From Candidatus Micrarchaeota archaeon (GTDB lineage: Archaea > Micrarchaeota > Micrarchaeia > Norongarragalinales > SBBD01): DNA of 25,171 bases. Of the stretch, positions 1-11,300 are shown piece by piece. The first letter of the stretch is position 1. Every line of letters begins with the position of its first letter. The stretch covers positions 1-25,171 of the forward strand of contig JAZDGU010000009.1 in assembly GCA_043806595.1 (NCBI GenBank), given 5' to 3'. The notes beneath the pieces are model-generated. The model saw only the letters and a program-made list of their open reading frames with translations, had not been told where the DNA came from and did no database searches. The position numbers were made by a program, and so were the translations under genes.

Positions 1-741
1 CAGAAGCGCGTGGGCAACTGGATGCAGTCCTCGCTCGAGGACGCGAGCGTGCTCGTCGTCGGCGCCGGCGCGCTGGGCAACGAGGCGGTCAAGCTGCTTC
101 TCCAGCTAGGCGTCAGCAAGATCACGCTCGCGGACCACGACACGGTGGCGACCGCGAACCTCAACCGCTGCGTGTTCTTCACGCCGGAAGACGCCGAAAA
201 GGGGAGGTTCAAGGCGGAGGCCGTCAAGGAGCGCGCGCTGGACGCGTTTCCGTTGTCCCGCATCATCACCTACGTCCGGAAGATCGAGGAGTTCCAGGAG
301 GACTTCTTCTCCGGCTTCGACGCGGCGTTCTCCTGCCTCGATAACCTGAACGCGCGCCTGCACCTCAACGCCCACTGCTACGGGAAGTTCCCGGTAATCG
401 ACGGCGGCACGTTCGGCTTCCAGGGCAAGGTGCAGGTCGTAAAAGGCGGAAGCTCGTGCCTGGAGTGCTCCTTGTCCAAGGTGGACTACCGCCTGCTGTG
501 GAAGAAGTACTCGTGCGTCGGCGACTTCCTCGACGTGCTGGACCCGAAGATGCCGGCGCTCTCCACCACGACGAGCTTCATCGCGTCGCTGCAGGTCAAC
601 GAGTTCCTCAAGCTCCAGATGCCTTCCCTTGGCGCGGGCGAGGGCCTCGCCGGCAGGTTCCTGCTCTACGACGGCCTGATGAACTCGTTTTCCGTGTTTT
701 CCGTTCCGAGGCGCAGGGACTGCCCGGCGCACCCCGCATGA
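1..741 (+). CDS. Ubiquitin-activating enzyme E1 (ThiF fold, UBA2/UBA3-like), probably 5'-truncated by the window edge
   Basis: Frame open from base 1 (QKRVGNW...). Motifs VLVVGAGALGNE, DHDTV, NLNR, CLDNLNAR and IDGGTFGFQG (cf. UBA3 IDGGTEGFKG). Zn ligands CLEC ... CPAH; candidate catalytic Cys in KKYSC after the CxxC, as in eukaryote-type E1s. Confidence 0.9.
   Translation, partial: QKRVGNWMQSSLEDASVLVVGAGALGNEAVKLLLQLGVSKITLADHDTVATANLNRCVFFTPEDAEKGRFKAEAVKERALDAFPLSRIITYVRKIEEFQEDFFSGFDAAFSCLDNLNARLHLNAHCYGKFPVIDGGTFGFQGKVQVVKGGSSCLECSLSKVDYRLLWKKYSCVGDFLDVLDPKMPALSTTTSFIASLQVNEFLKLQMPSLGAGEGLAGRFLLYDGLMNSFSVFSVPRRRDCPAHPA
681..741 (+). repeat. Left copy of E1 3'-end direct repeat (attL-like)
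   Basis: 681-741 matches 13776-13836 at 59/61 nt (691-739 is a perfect 49-nt match); weaker gap-free similarity extends to 646/13741. Confidence 0.95.
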
Positions 742-787
742 CCGGGAGTCGCACAGCCTGCAGTGCGGCGGACTTCGGTGCCAATAC

Positions 788-794
788 TTTTTTT
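788..794 (+). terminator. Possible archaeal oligo-T terminator after E1
   Basis: T7 run about 47 nt after the E1 stop codon. Confidence 0.3.
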
Positions 795-840
795 GACGCA
801 TGGCGCAGCTGCCTCTTGCCTCTCCCCGCGAAAAAACCAT

Positions 841-856
841 CGAAAGACTTTTAATC
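841..856 (+). promoter_or_regulatory. Archaeal BRE-TATA promoter for Rhs cartridge 1 (probably leaderless)
   Basis: cGAAAgacTTTTAAT, ending about 25 nt before ATG 880. Confidence 0.55.
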
Positions 857-879
857 CTTGCACAGTAGTAACTTGTCCC

Positions 880-2277
880 ATGGGGGCTTTGCGCAAGTCA
901 GCGCCGTGCACGGCGGCGAAGCTTTCATTGTCATTATTCTTTCTTTTTTCCACCATGGTCCCGTATTCTGATGCTTCGGGCAATTTTTCGGGCGACCCCC
1001 AGCCGGACGTTCCAGGAGATGACGCGCGGCCTGCCGGCTTCCCTTCCATGGAAAACGGAGTTTTTTGCCCCGGTTCCAAAGGTCTTTTTGAGCCAGAATC
1101 GCCCGGAGGCGGGTGCGAGGATGGCGGCCCACGGAGTTTGACGGGCAGTCGCGGGGATGCGCAGGCCGCGTTTGCCGAGACCAGGTTGCCGGCCACGACG
1201 TATTTCTACGGCAACGGCGTGGTTTCCTCGCGCAGGGGCGGCGTGTCGGCTTACTTCCACCTGGACTATTTGGGCTCAATCAGGATTCAGTCGTCCAGCG
1301 GCGGCGAAAAAGCGTTTGCCTCGCGGACCTCCCCGTTCGGCTCCGACGTTTATCATTCAGGCGGCGCTGCCGGCGCGGGCAATGCCTACAAGTTCACGGG
1401 CAAGGAGTCTGACGTTGGAAGCGGGCTCTATTATTACGGCGCGAGGTATTACTCGCCTGCCGCCGGCAGGTTTTCCGCCGTCGACCCCCTCTTCGAAGGC
1501 AGGTTTTCGCCCTACGCTTACGCATACGGCAACCCGTTGCGCTTCAACGACCCGACGGGCTTGTCCGGCGAGGACCGGGTCCGCGGGCCGTCGTGGTGGG
1601 AGAAGGCTTTTGGCGCGGTCGACAGGTTCTTCGGCGGCGACTGGCTTGAACGGCGCCAACTCTCAATCGAGCAAAGGCGGGGCTACATCACCGGAAAGGG
1701 GGACACGAATTATTTCGGGGCGGTATCAGTTCCGCATGGCGCCTACGGCCTCGGAGGGGACGCCGAGACCCTGCCGGTCCTGCGCGTGGACGCGGCCGCG
1801 GACTCCTTCACGGTGCCGTTTCGCAAGAGGTTCGAGGCCCTGCTTTCGCAAGATTCCAGCAGGGCGGGGCAGGCGAGCGCGCTGCAATGGCTTGCGGATT
1901 CCATCGCGATTGCGCCGTATTCGACGGAGAGGGAACTCGCGCTCTCAAGGCTTGGAGGCCAGTACTATCCCGGCGAGGTGCTTTTCAGCAAGAGCCTTCA
2001 AGGCGGGTGCGCGGGCTCGTGCAGGACGCGCGCACTATTCCTGGGCGAGGTGGTATCGCCCGCCTTGGCGAGTGGGATGATGCCCGGCGGCGTGTCGTTG
2101 GGCTACTGGGAAGGGTTCGCCGGCGGGCCGCACGCGTGGAGCGTCTTTTCCTGGGGGGACGGCGCCCCGCTGCTGATTGATTCCGTGTCCGGCCGCACCG
2201 AATTCCTGAACCCGTCGTTGATGGGGCGGTACTACGACTTCAATTTCCATTTGATTTACCGGGAATATCTAAGGTAG
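880..2277 (+). CDS. Rhs core 'cartridge' 1: hydrophobic leader + Rhs-associated core + transglutaminase/papain-like Cys-His-Asp C-terminal domain (465 aa)
   Basis: Leader MGALRK...LSLSLFFLFST; core YFHLDYLGS, SPFG, YKFTGKESD..GLYYYGARYY...GRF..VDP, PYAY..GNP....DPTG (ends 1560). C-terminal GSCRTRALFL (Cys 2020), PHAW (His 2131), LLIDS (Asp 2179). Start moved from 763 to ATG 880 on promoter spacing. Confidence 0.85.
   Translation: MGALRKSAPCTAAKLSLSLFFLFSTMVPYSDASGNFSGDPQPDVPGDDARPAGFPSMENGVFCPGSKGLFEPESPGGGCEDGGPRSLTGSRGDAQAAFAETRLPATTYFYGNGVVSSRRGGVSAYFHLDYLGSIRIQSSSGGEKAFASRTSPFGSDVYHSGGAAGAGNAYKFTGKESDVGSGLYYYGARYYSPAAGRFSAVDPLFEGRFSPYAYAYGNPLRFNDPTGLSGEDRVRGPSWWEKAFGAVDRFFGGDWLERRQLSIEQRRGYITGKGDTNYFGAVSVPHGAYGLGGDAETLPVLRVDAAADSFTVPFRKRFEALLSQDSSRAGQASALQWLADSIAIAPYSTERELALSRLGGQYYPGEVLFSKSLQGGCAGSCRTRALFLGEVVSPALASGMMPGGVSLGYWEGFAGGPHAWSVFSWGDGAPLLIDSVSGRTEFLNPSLMGRYYDFNFHLIYREYLR
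1159..1560 (+). repeat. Conserved Rhs core block, paralogous to 12549-12950
   Basis: Collinear at a constant offset of 11,390 nt with long identical tracts (e.g. ggcaacggcgtggtttcctcgcgcaggggcggcgtgtcg; gcctacaagttcacgggcaaggagtctgacgttggaagcgggct). Similarity ends at DPTG. Confidence 0.95.
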
Positions 2278-2391
2278 GTGTTGGGCTTGAATACCCCGTC
2301 TTGCCGGAACAATTGCGTTAATAAATCGGTGTTTCCCTTACTTATTCGCTTATACCTGCCTCGTTCAACGCGCCGGGTGAAGGATGAACAC

Positions 2392-5300
2392 ATGAGAAGA
2401 ATGGCATGGTTGTCCGCGCTCGCCTGCCTGGTTGTTTTCCTCGGCTCCGCCGCAGCGGACACCTCCATCGGCGACCCTTCGGTGACGAAGTTCACCGAGG
2501 TCAAGGGCGGCGGCGACCCCAGCTACACCGGCTCCTCGGGAATCAGCGTGCCCTTGTTCAACTTGAAGGGCAGGAGCGGCCTGGATTTCCCCCTCGCCCT
2601 GTCCTACTCCCCCGGAATCCGCACGCACCAGGAGGCCGGCCCGGCGGGCTTGGGCTTCAGCCTCGTCGCTGGCTCGGTGCAGCGCGGCGTCGTGGGCTTC
2701 GCCGACGACCTCGTGAGGCAGGGGTTTTACAGGCACGACACGCACAGCGTCGGCGCCGCGTGCGTGGACGACCTAAGCGGGGAAATTCGCTCTTGCGGTG
2801 TCGGCAACTGCGGCGAACTTCAGGTTCGCGTGGATGACTGCAAAGTCCGGGGCGCATCGACGTGCGATGAGGCGTTGGGCGGCGGCTCCCCGAGGATAAG
2901 CAAGTACTGCCGTTCCCTTGCATGCGTTGGTCCAAACGGCTACGTCGACAGCTGCCACATCGATAACGGCAGATCGGCCGACGACGTCTGCGACAAGGAC
3001 GCCGGGTACCGCATAATGGAGGTCTTCGGCGAGTGCGTGGCGGGCACGGCCATTACTTCATGCCTCAACGGCTACTCCAACTGCGTTCCCGAATACGACA
3101 ACGTCAACACCGTGGCCCGCGACGGAGCGCTATACTATTCGGACCGGGGGGCCAGCGGGTACGAGTTTTCCGAGGGCCTCAGGCAGGACAACTACTTCGC
3201 CTCCTTCCCCGGCGGCGCGGCGCAGCTGATGTTCTACGACGAGAACGGCGAGGGCAGCGGCGGCGTTCATTTCACTCCTGTCAGCTGGAAGCCTTGGAAA
3301 ATTGATTATTCCGCCGGCCTCGAGGCGGGGACCGGAATCAGCAGCTTCACCATAACCGACGATAGCGGGGTGCGATTCATCTTCGACGAGGTGTCGGACT
3401 CCTCGTATTCGGGCGGGAACTACCCGAACGTCGAGGTGCAGGACGGCTACGACGAGGAATACGTGGCTGCGACCACGAGCTTCAACGGCCACATTTTTTC
3501 TGCGGCGAGCTATGACTTCTGGCGTTCGCAAAATTTTAACCACGATTGGGCATGCCGGAAAACCTGCATCTGCCCGTACCCGTACGAGGACGGGGCGGGC
3601 TTCTACCACTCTGCAGGCGATTCAGTTGCCGTGCCGTTCAGCGGGAACGTTCCCGAAGAGCTCTACGGCTATTTGACCGGGGACAAGAACTTCCAGTACC
3701 AGATCAAGTTCTGGGCGCCGAAAAAGGAGACATCGGATGGGATTAGGTGCTATTACGAGGGCGAGGCGCCGACGTTCGTCGCCAAGGAGTCGAAGGGAGC
3801 GTCCGGCGGCGGCATTTGCGGCAACGGAATCCGCGAGAAGGGCGAGCAGTGCGACGGTGCAGACAACGACTTCAGTTGCAACGGCTTCACGCCCTACTGC
3901 AACGACGATTGCACGATACCCTTCCAGGAATGCGGCGCCGACCTTTGCCAGGAGAACAGCGTTCCCGGCAATCCCGCGGGATGGTCGTGCGAGGACGGCA
4001 AGGCCTGGGACGCGGACGACGGCGAGCCCGGCTGGTACGACTACGGGGACGTCGACTGCCATGCAACCGGAGGAATCTACCGCGTTCCAGTGTTCGGCAA
4101 GTGCCACGTCGCCCAGCAGTCCGCCGACGGCAGCATAAAGGCGAGGGCGACGGGCGTGCAGAGCGACCGCGCGAGCCATGCGACGGCATGGCATCTCACG
4201 AGAATCCTTTCCGCGGACTACGGCGACCGCGAGGGGGGCGCGGAAGGCCCCTCACCCGACGACTTCGGCAGCTACGTCGAGATAAAATACGCGGACTACG
4301 GCGGCAAAATCGACGACTCGAACGGCATGGTCGTCTCCCGCCAGCTGTTCGGCGGAACCGGCACGTTCTTTTCCTACGACGTCCCCGGCGAAGGCCCCCG
4401 CTACCTGCAAGTCAACTCGAAGAGCGAAACCGTGAGCGAGTCCGTTGTCAAGGTAATCGACGAAATCCGCACGCCCCTGTTCAAGGCGAAATTCCACTAC
4501 GATTCCGCTCCTCCGACGGGAGGCGTACCCCAGCTGGAGGACGTTGCCGTGACCGACCTTGCTGGCCAGCAGGTCTCCAAGATGAAGTTCGACTACGCCA
4601 CGTCCAACCGGCTGAAGGACCCCGACAACGGCGGGCACGGCGAACGCACCCTGCTCAAGGTCACGCAGTGCGGCAGGACGGATGCCGCGTGCCTGCCCCC
4701 CACAGAATTCAATTACGGCGACCGCGCGTCCCAAGCCGACAACCCCGATTTTTCCGCCAAGGCCAAGGACGGCAAGGGCCTTAAGACGATAAATACCGAC
4801 CCTTGGGGCTTCTACTCCGGGACTTTCCGGCGTTGGCAGGGGAGCGGCGCGTGTTCTGGCAACGACGACCCGAGATGCAAATGGGTCTCCGACGAGAACA
4901 GCGACGCCTGGAGCCTGCGCAAAATAACGTATCCGACCAAGGGCACGGTCGGATACGAGTACGAGAGCAGCGATTACGCGTGGACGCCTTCCGGCGCGGT
5001 TCAAGAGACTGCGGGCGGCGGCCCCCGCGTCAAGAGGATTAACGCGAATTTCTTCGAGGACGACAACGGCAACCCCTCCTCGACCGTTACCGAGTTCGAG
5101 TACTCCGAAGGCTATGCCACCCAGGCGCCATTCCACAACAACGAGTATTACGACGAGAACTCCGGAACCGCGGTGTATTCCATCCCGTGGAACACCGTGG
5201 GAATGGTCGACAACTACGTGGCCTACGATTGGGTGAAGACCGCGACGCCCTCCGACGGCTCAATGGGATACACGAAGACGTACTATACCACCCCGCAGGA

Positions 5301-8300
5301 GGTGCCGGATGAGACTCCATACGCCTTCAAGAGCGGAGTCTACACGCGTGAGGGTTTCCAGCCGGTGCCCGGTTTTCTGACGAGCAACGAGTGGAAGCGC
5401 GGTCATGTCGAGAAGGTTGAAGTATACCGCAGCGGCGTCGCCGAGCCCGTCGCAAAGACGGAGAATTTCTATGACGACCCCGCCTCCCTGCGTGCCTTCC
5501 CCGTACCAGGCGGAGAGTTCTACGACGAGAGCGGTTTGCGGCACTCGACGGTTCCGGCCTACGCCATCCTATCCGGCTGGAAGAGGGTCGGCAGCGAGCA
5601 GTCCACCATCGACGGAATCGCCACCCGGAAAGCATACCAGTACAACCCGGTTAACGGGCGAGTCCGGTCCGTGACGGAATTCAACTCCCCCAACAGGATC
5701 ACGCTCGCCGACTACGCCTTCGAGCAATATCCGTTCATGCTGGAAGCCAACATGCTCTCGCAGGCATCCGGCACGCGGACGTACCTGGATGCGAACGCGA
5801 ACGGGGTGTTCGACGGCCAGGACCAGCTCTATGCAAAGGGGAAGACGGATTGGGCGCAGTTCGAGGTCGGCTACGTCAACGGCGAGTGGACGGGCGACCC
5901 TTTCTGGGACCTAAAGCACGAGTTCGATGCCAATACGCACGTTTATGCCGGCTGGCTTACTTCTAGCATTGGTACGATCAACAATAACAAAATAATTCTC
6001 GTTGGCAATCACAATGCCGATTATGGCTTTCCTTCTTACAATTATACGTACAATGTCTATGTCGTAACTGACGCATTTGGAGGGGGAATTACGCAAGACG
6101 ATTCATATATCGGCAACCTTAATATTAGCGCACATGGCAATGCAAATTTTGTCGATATAGACGGGGATGGGACTTCCGAACTTTTTACCGACTACCGTGA
6201 CTACCACTTCCCGGGAAACGAAGTGGAGGCATTCAAATGGCAGGAGGAGCAGTGGGCATTAAGTTCCGGATTACTCCCATCGGAGTTGAGAAATCTGGAC
6301 GGCACAACCTGTACCATTTATTCTTCATATGGCGATCTTGATTGCGACGGCGACCAGGACCTAGTGATTCAACTCCACAGCGCAGTTGCGGATGCGTGTC
6401 AATTGGGCCCCAACGGGTACAGGGTATTTGAAAATACGGGGACCAGGTTTTCTCCCTCATGGCGTTTGATGGGCGACGACTCGCATATACGCGGCATAGA
6501 CCTGGACTTTCATAATAATATCAAGCAATTTGATTTGGGCGATATAGACAGTGACGGAGACAATGACTTAATCTATTCTGGCAGCAATTTAAATCCTCGA
6601 GTTCAGGTGTATGAAAATACCGCGCCTTCAAGCTGTCCGAAGAGTCCCGTCTTTTCACGGAAAGTTGAATGGGAGACTGGCCTTGATTTTGAACAAGACG
6701 ACCACGTGTATTCAGTTCTCGGGGGTCTCGAGCATTTTGACAACGACGGCCGCATAGACCTTTTTTATAACGATTGGTCGTGCAACTGGGATGGTTGCGC
6801 TTTATACCCCCGGTTACTCAAATTCTTCAGGTTCAATCCCGATGCAGATCCCGGTCTTATTCCGATAACTGCTGTGCATCCATCCGCGGACTACGCGTGG
6901 AAGGACGCGGACGGGGACCACTATGACGACGGTGGCGAGTTCGTTCTGCAGGCGAGATATGACTCGTATGACACATTCGGCCACGCCACGGAGACGACGG
7001 ACGCGCGCGGCAACAAGAACTGGCTCTATTACGGCGACAACGACGAGTGCGGGAGTCAGGGAAGCGGGGGCGGCGGCGGCTCGCTGAACCACGGCTACCT
7101 GACGTGCACAGAGAACAGCCTCGGGCAGAAGACGAAGGCGGCCTACGATTTCACTGGAAATCCGGTATCCATAACCGATGCCAACGGCCAGGCGACTGGT
7201 TTCGGCTACGACGACCTCAACCGCTTGCAGAGCAAGACGCTGTCGGGCGGTGTCCTGGCCGAATGGTACTCTTATTCCTATGCCAACGACATCGCCACGG
7301 AGAAGAACCGCGTGCAGACGAAGAAATACCTTTCGCCGTCGTCCTTTGTGGAGGCAAACGCGTTCGCGGACGGCCTCGGGCGCGACCTGCAGTCGTCGGT
7401 GCGCAAGCAGGCCTCGTCCAGCACGCGCTCATCCACGGTCTACAACGCGCTGGGCGCGGTAGTAAAGCGGTTCGAGGCCTACGACGTGGACGCGCCGGCG
7501 GACGGCTACTCTTCCGCTGTGCCGGAGGGCACGCAGGCTGCGTCCGTCAGCTACTATCCCGATCCGCTGGGAAGACCGTCGGCTTCCTATTCCGTCGGCT
7601 CCGCGGTTCCCGTGGTGACGACGTATTCCGGCGAGGCGGACCAGTTCGTTACCGAAGTCACCGACGAGAATGGCGTGACCACGAAGTCATACCGGGACAA
7701 ACTGGGCCGGGTGAAGACGGTAGTAAGGGACTTGGGCGGCCCCGACCAGCAAACAGTTTCCTACCTTTACGACGGCCCGACGGAGCGGGTCAAGGAGGAG
7801 CGAATGCCCAACGGCCAAATCATCTCCTACACCTACGACTCCCTCGGCAGCCTCAAGACGATAACGCACCCCGACATGAGCGGCAGCATTGCCAACGTAT
7901 ACGACGCCGCGGGCAACCTCATTCGCAGGACGGACGCGCGCGGCATTGTCGTCGGCTACGACTACGACGCGCTCAACCGCAGAATTGCAGTTGATTACGG
8001 GGACGACCAGGCATTCGGCTACGGCGAGTCCCAGTTCAGCTACGACGCATACCCCGAGGGCAACTGCGGTTCGCCCCTGGAATTCGACAACCCGAAGGGC
8101 AGGCTCACGCGCGCCGTCGGCTTCGACCCCGACACCGGATGGCAGAACTTCGACTACTGCTATGAATACGACGGGAGGGGGCTGTTGAGGAGGGAGGCGA
8201 AGGAAGTCGGGGGCGGAGCGGACAACACCTACGTGACCCGCTACTCCTACGATACGGCCGGCAACGTGAAGACGGTAACCTACCCGGGCGGGGAAGTGGC

Positions 8301-11300
8301 CGCCTACAACTACAATTCCAAGGGCGAGCTGGAGAGCTTCACCGCCCCCGCGGACGAATCCGGCCACACGACGACCTCCTACCTATACAACCCCGACGGG
8401 AGCCTTGGGAAGGCCACCTACCCGAATTCCGTGGTCACGGATTACGCGTACAACGCGCGCAAGTGGGTAAATTCAATATCCCTAACCGGCCTCAAGGAAG
8501 GCGCATCCGCCGCCGCCTGGTCGGAGACCATCCCGGACGGCGCCGGCGGGTATGACCCAGTTGGCAACATATTGCGCATCAACGAGAACTACGACGTACC
8601 CAACGGCGGGGGAGGCTACTCCAATTACGCCTCGTTCACGTACGACAACCTCTACCGGCTTGGCACGGTAACCGACGGCAACCGCTTCCACCGGGGCTTC
8701 GACTACCGATACGACGCGAACGGCAACCGCCTGCGCGAGGGCGGCACTGCGGACAATTACGCCTACGATCCCGCCAGGAAGGACCAGCTGAACGCCGTCG
8801 ACCCCGGCCCGGGAACGCACGCCGTCAGCTTCGGCTACGATGCCAACGGCAACGTCGAGACCGAGGAAGGTGCGCGAAACTTCGGGTTCTGCATTGCGCG
8901 GAGCCTCGGCGCGGGCAGCTTCATGCTGGCAGGCGTCGATGCGCCCGTCGACTCGCCCGTCAACGTCGTCTACGACGACGGCGCGAACAGCTACGAGTGG
9001 GGCACATTCCCGGTGGAAGCCTATTACGCCGAGAGCGAACATTGCTTCGCGGACGAGGCCGGCCCCCTCTCACCCGCGACAAGGATAGTCCTGTCCGGCC
9101 CGGGTTCGGGGGGCATTCCCGCCGGGTGGTACGGCGAAAGCCACGCGCCCTCGAATTTCCGCGTATACCCGTCATCATTGAACCCGTATTACCAGACGAG
9201 GTATTACTACGACGCCGAGAACCGTCTCGTCCAGGCGAACTACATGACCGAGGCCGGCGCGGTGACGGCGTGCAGCAAGTTCACGTACGATTCCAGCGGC
9301 GACCGCATCGAGAAGGCCGAGCCCGTGATATCCTCGGTGGTGACTCCCCCGCCCGACGGCGCGTGCTGCGCCGCAGACGGCTCGTGCTCGCTGGCGCAGC
9401 AGGGTTCCTGCGGCGGCGCGTGGAACGGCGCGCCTTCATGCAGCCCCAACCCGTGCGAGCAGCCGCCCGGGGGAGGGGGCGTGTGCTGCTGGATGAGCGG
9501 CTGGTGCACCGCCAACATCGCGCAGGAGGACTGCGTGGGCGGCAACGAGGGCACGTGGGACCCCGACCATAACACCTGCAGCCCCAACCCGTGCCCGCAG
9601 TATCCGGTTGGCGTGTGCTGCACCCAGTCGTACAATTTCTGCGCGCTGACGACGGAAGCCGTGTGCAGCCAGCAGCTCCAGGAAGGCAACGGAATCGGAG
9701 GCTGGCACTCCGGCTGGAACTCCTGCACGCCGAACCAGTGCGACGGCAATGATGAATGCCCCGGCCAGCTTATTGCATGCGGAGACTGGTATTCCGGCTT
9801 TATGCAGCCTTCCGACACTGACTGGTACGGGTTTCACGCCGAAGCCGGCCGGCAAGTCCGTATTTACCTCAAGTCTGATCAGGCCGCGGTTCTTGACGCC
9901 GAGCTCAGGTTCGGGTGCGGCGGCCAGGTCTTATGGCAGAGGCGGTTGACGGGCGGCCAGCATGTCTATGAAGACTACTCTGCCGCCGCTTCCGGCCAGT
10001 ACCAGCTGAAAATCTTCAATACGCAAGGCAGCAATTTCGGAAAATACACGCTCCAAATCTCCAACTGCGGCTCGCCGCCGGCTCAAGGCGCGTGCTGCGC
10101 CGCAGACGGCTCGTGCTCGCTCGCGCAGCAGGGTTCCTGCGGCGGCGCGTGGAACGGCGCGCCTTCATGCAGCCCCAACCCGTGCGAGCAGCCGCCGGCG
10201 AGCGGGGAATGCTGCCTGCAGGACGAATCGTGCAGCTTGTTGTCCCAAGCGGATTGCGTCGGCCAGGGCGGGGCCTACCAGGGCGGCGGCGGCGCGTGCA
10301 GCCCGAACCCGTGCCAATCCATCGACTCTTGCGCAGCAAGCAGGACCGTATCCTGCGGGGACACGGTAACGCCGGCGTACCTGCACTTCAACGACAAGGA
10401 CTGGTATTCGGTCGTGGTGCCCGCCCAAACCCGCCTTACCCTGGCCACGGATGCGGTAAATCCGGGAGACGACACCGACACGTACATCGAATTGTACCGC
10501 TCCTGCGGCAGCCAAATATTGGCGCAGGACGACAACGGCGGCCCGGGCAGCTATTCCCTGATTTCTGACTATGTGCCCGCATATTACGACGATTACAACC
10601 TGAAGGTCCGCGGCCGTTATCCTGGCTCGACCGGCCCGTACAAGGTCACGTTCACCTGCACCGCGCCGCCCGCCGACGCCGCATGCTGCCTTCCCGGCGG
10701 CAGCTGCCAGCCCCTTGACCAGACCCAATGCTACGGCCAGGGCGGCCAGTATTACGAAGGCGTTTCATGCCAGCCCAACCCGTGCGGGGAACTGCCGCTG
10801 GCGGCGTGCTGTTCGCAGGACGGCAGCTGCCAGATGCTCGGCCAGAACGCCTGCTACGGCCAGGGCGGAGATTGGACGAATTACGGCTACTGCAGCCCGA
10901 ATCCGTGCCCGCCTCCCGTCCCGCAAGGGCGGCTTGACTATGTGGCGCAGTCCCAGGGCGCGGTCGAGCTGCCGTTCCTAATCGCTCTCGAGCAGGCCGC
11001 CACTCCCTATTACTACGTCGTCACCGCGACCGAGCAGATCCTGACCTGCCCGAGGGCGATGAACTCCGCCTGCGTTCCCATAACCTTCACGCAGCCCGGC
11101 GGCGGCGCGTTCGCCTTCGACAACCCCAACGGCCTCGCCGCGGTCTACAACGGCGGGAGCACGAGGCTGTACATCACGGACAACACTTACCCGAAAAAGC
11201 TGTACCTGGCCATCAAGACCGGCGTCGCAACCGCCGAGGTTTACGAGGTGTATTCCAACCCGACCGGCTCCAGAATCGATGGCGTCTCCGCACATGTCGC

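Noticed and set aside
1..741. E1 as a MoeB/ThiF sulfur-transfer enzyme
   Set aside because: Motifs are closer to UBA2/UBA3, and E2, RING, JAB and pro-Ub are nearby with no cofactor-biosynthesis genes. A phylogeny is still needed.
763..879. ORF-track N-terminal extensions (763; also 2278, 19301, 20165, 22967, 23897)
   Set aside because: They run through promoter-like or neighbouring coding DNA; downstream starts have better SD/TATA context and put signal peptides at the N-terminus.
2256..2504. 82-aa minus-strand ORF as an immunity gene for cartridge 1
   Set aside because: Antisense, overlaps both neighbouring genes, and has no recognisable features.
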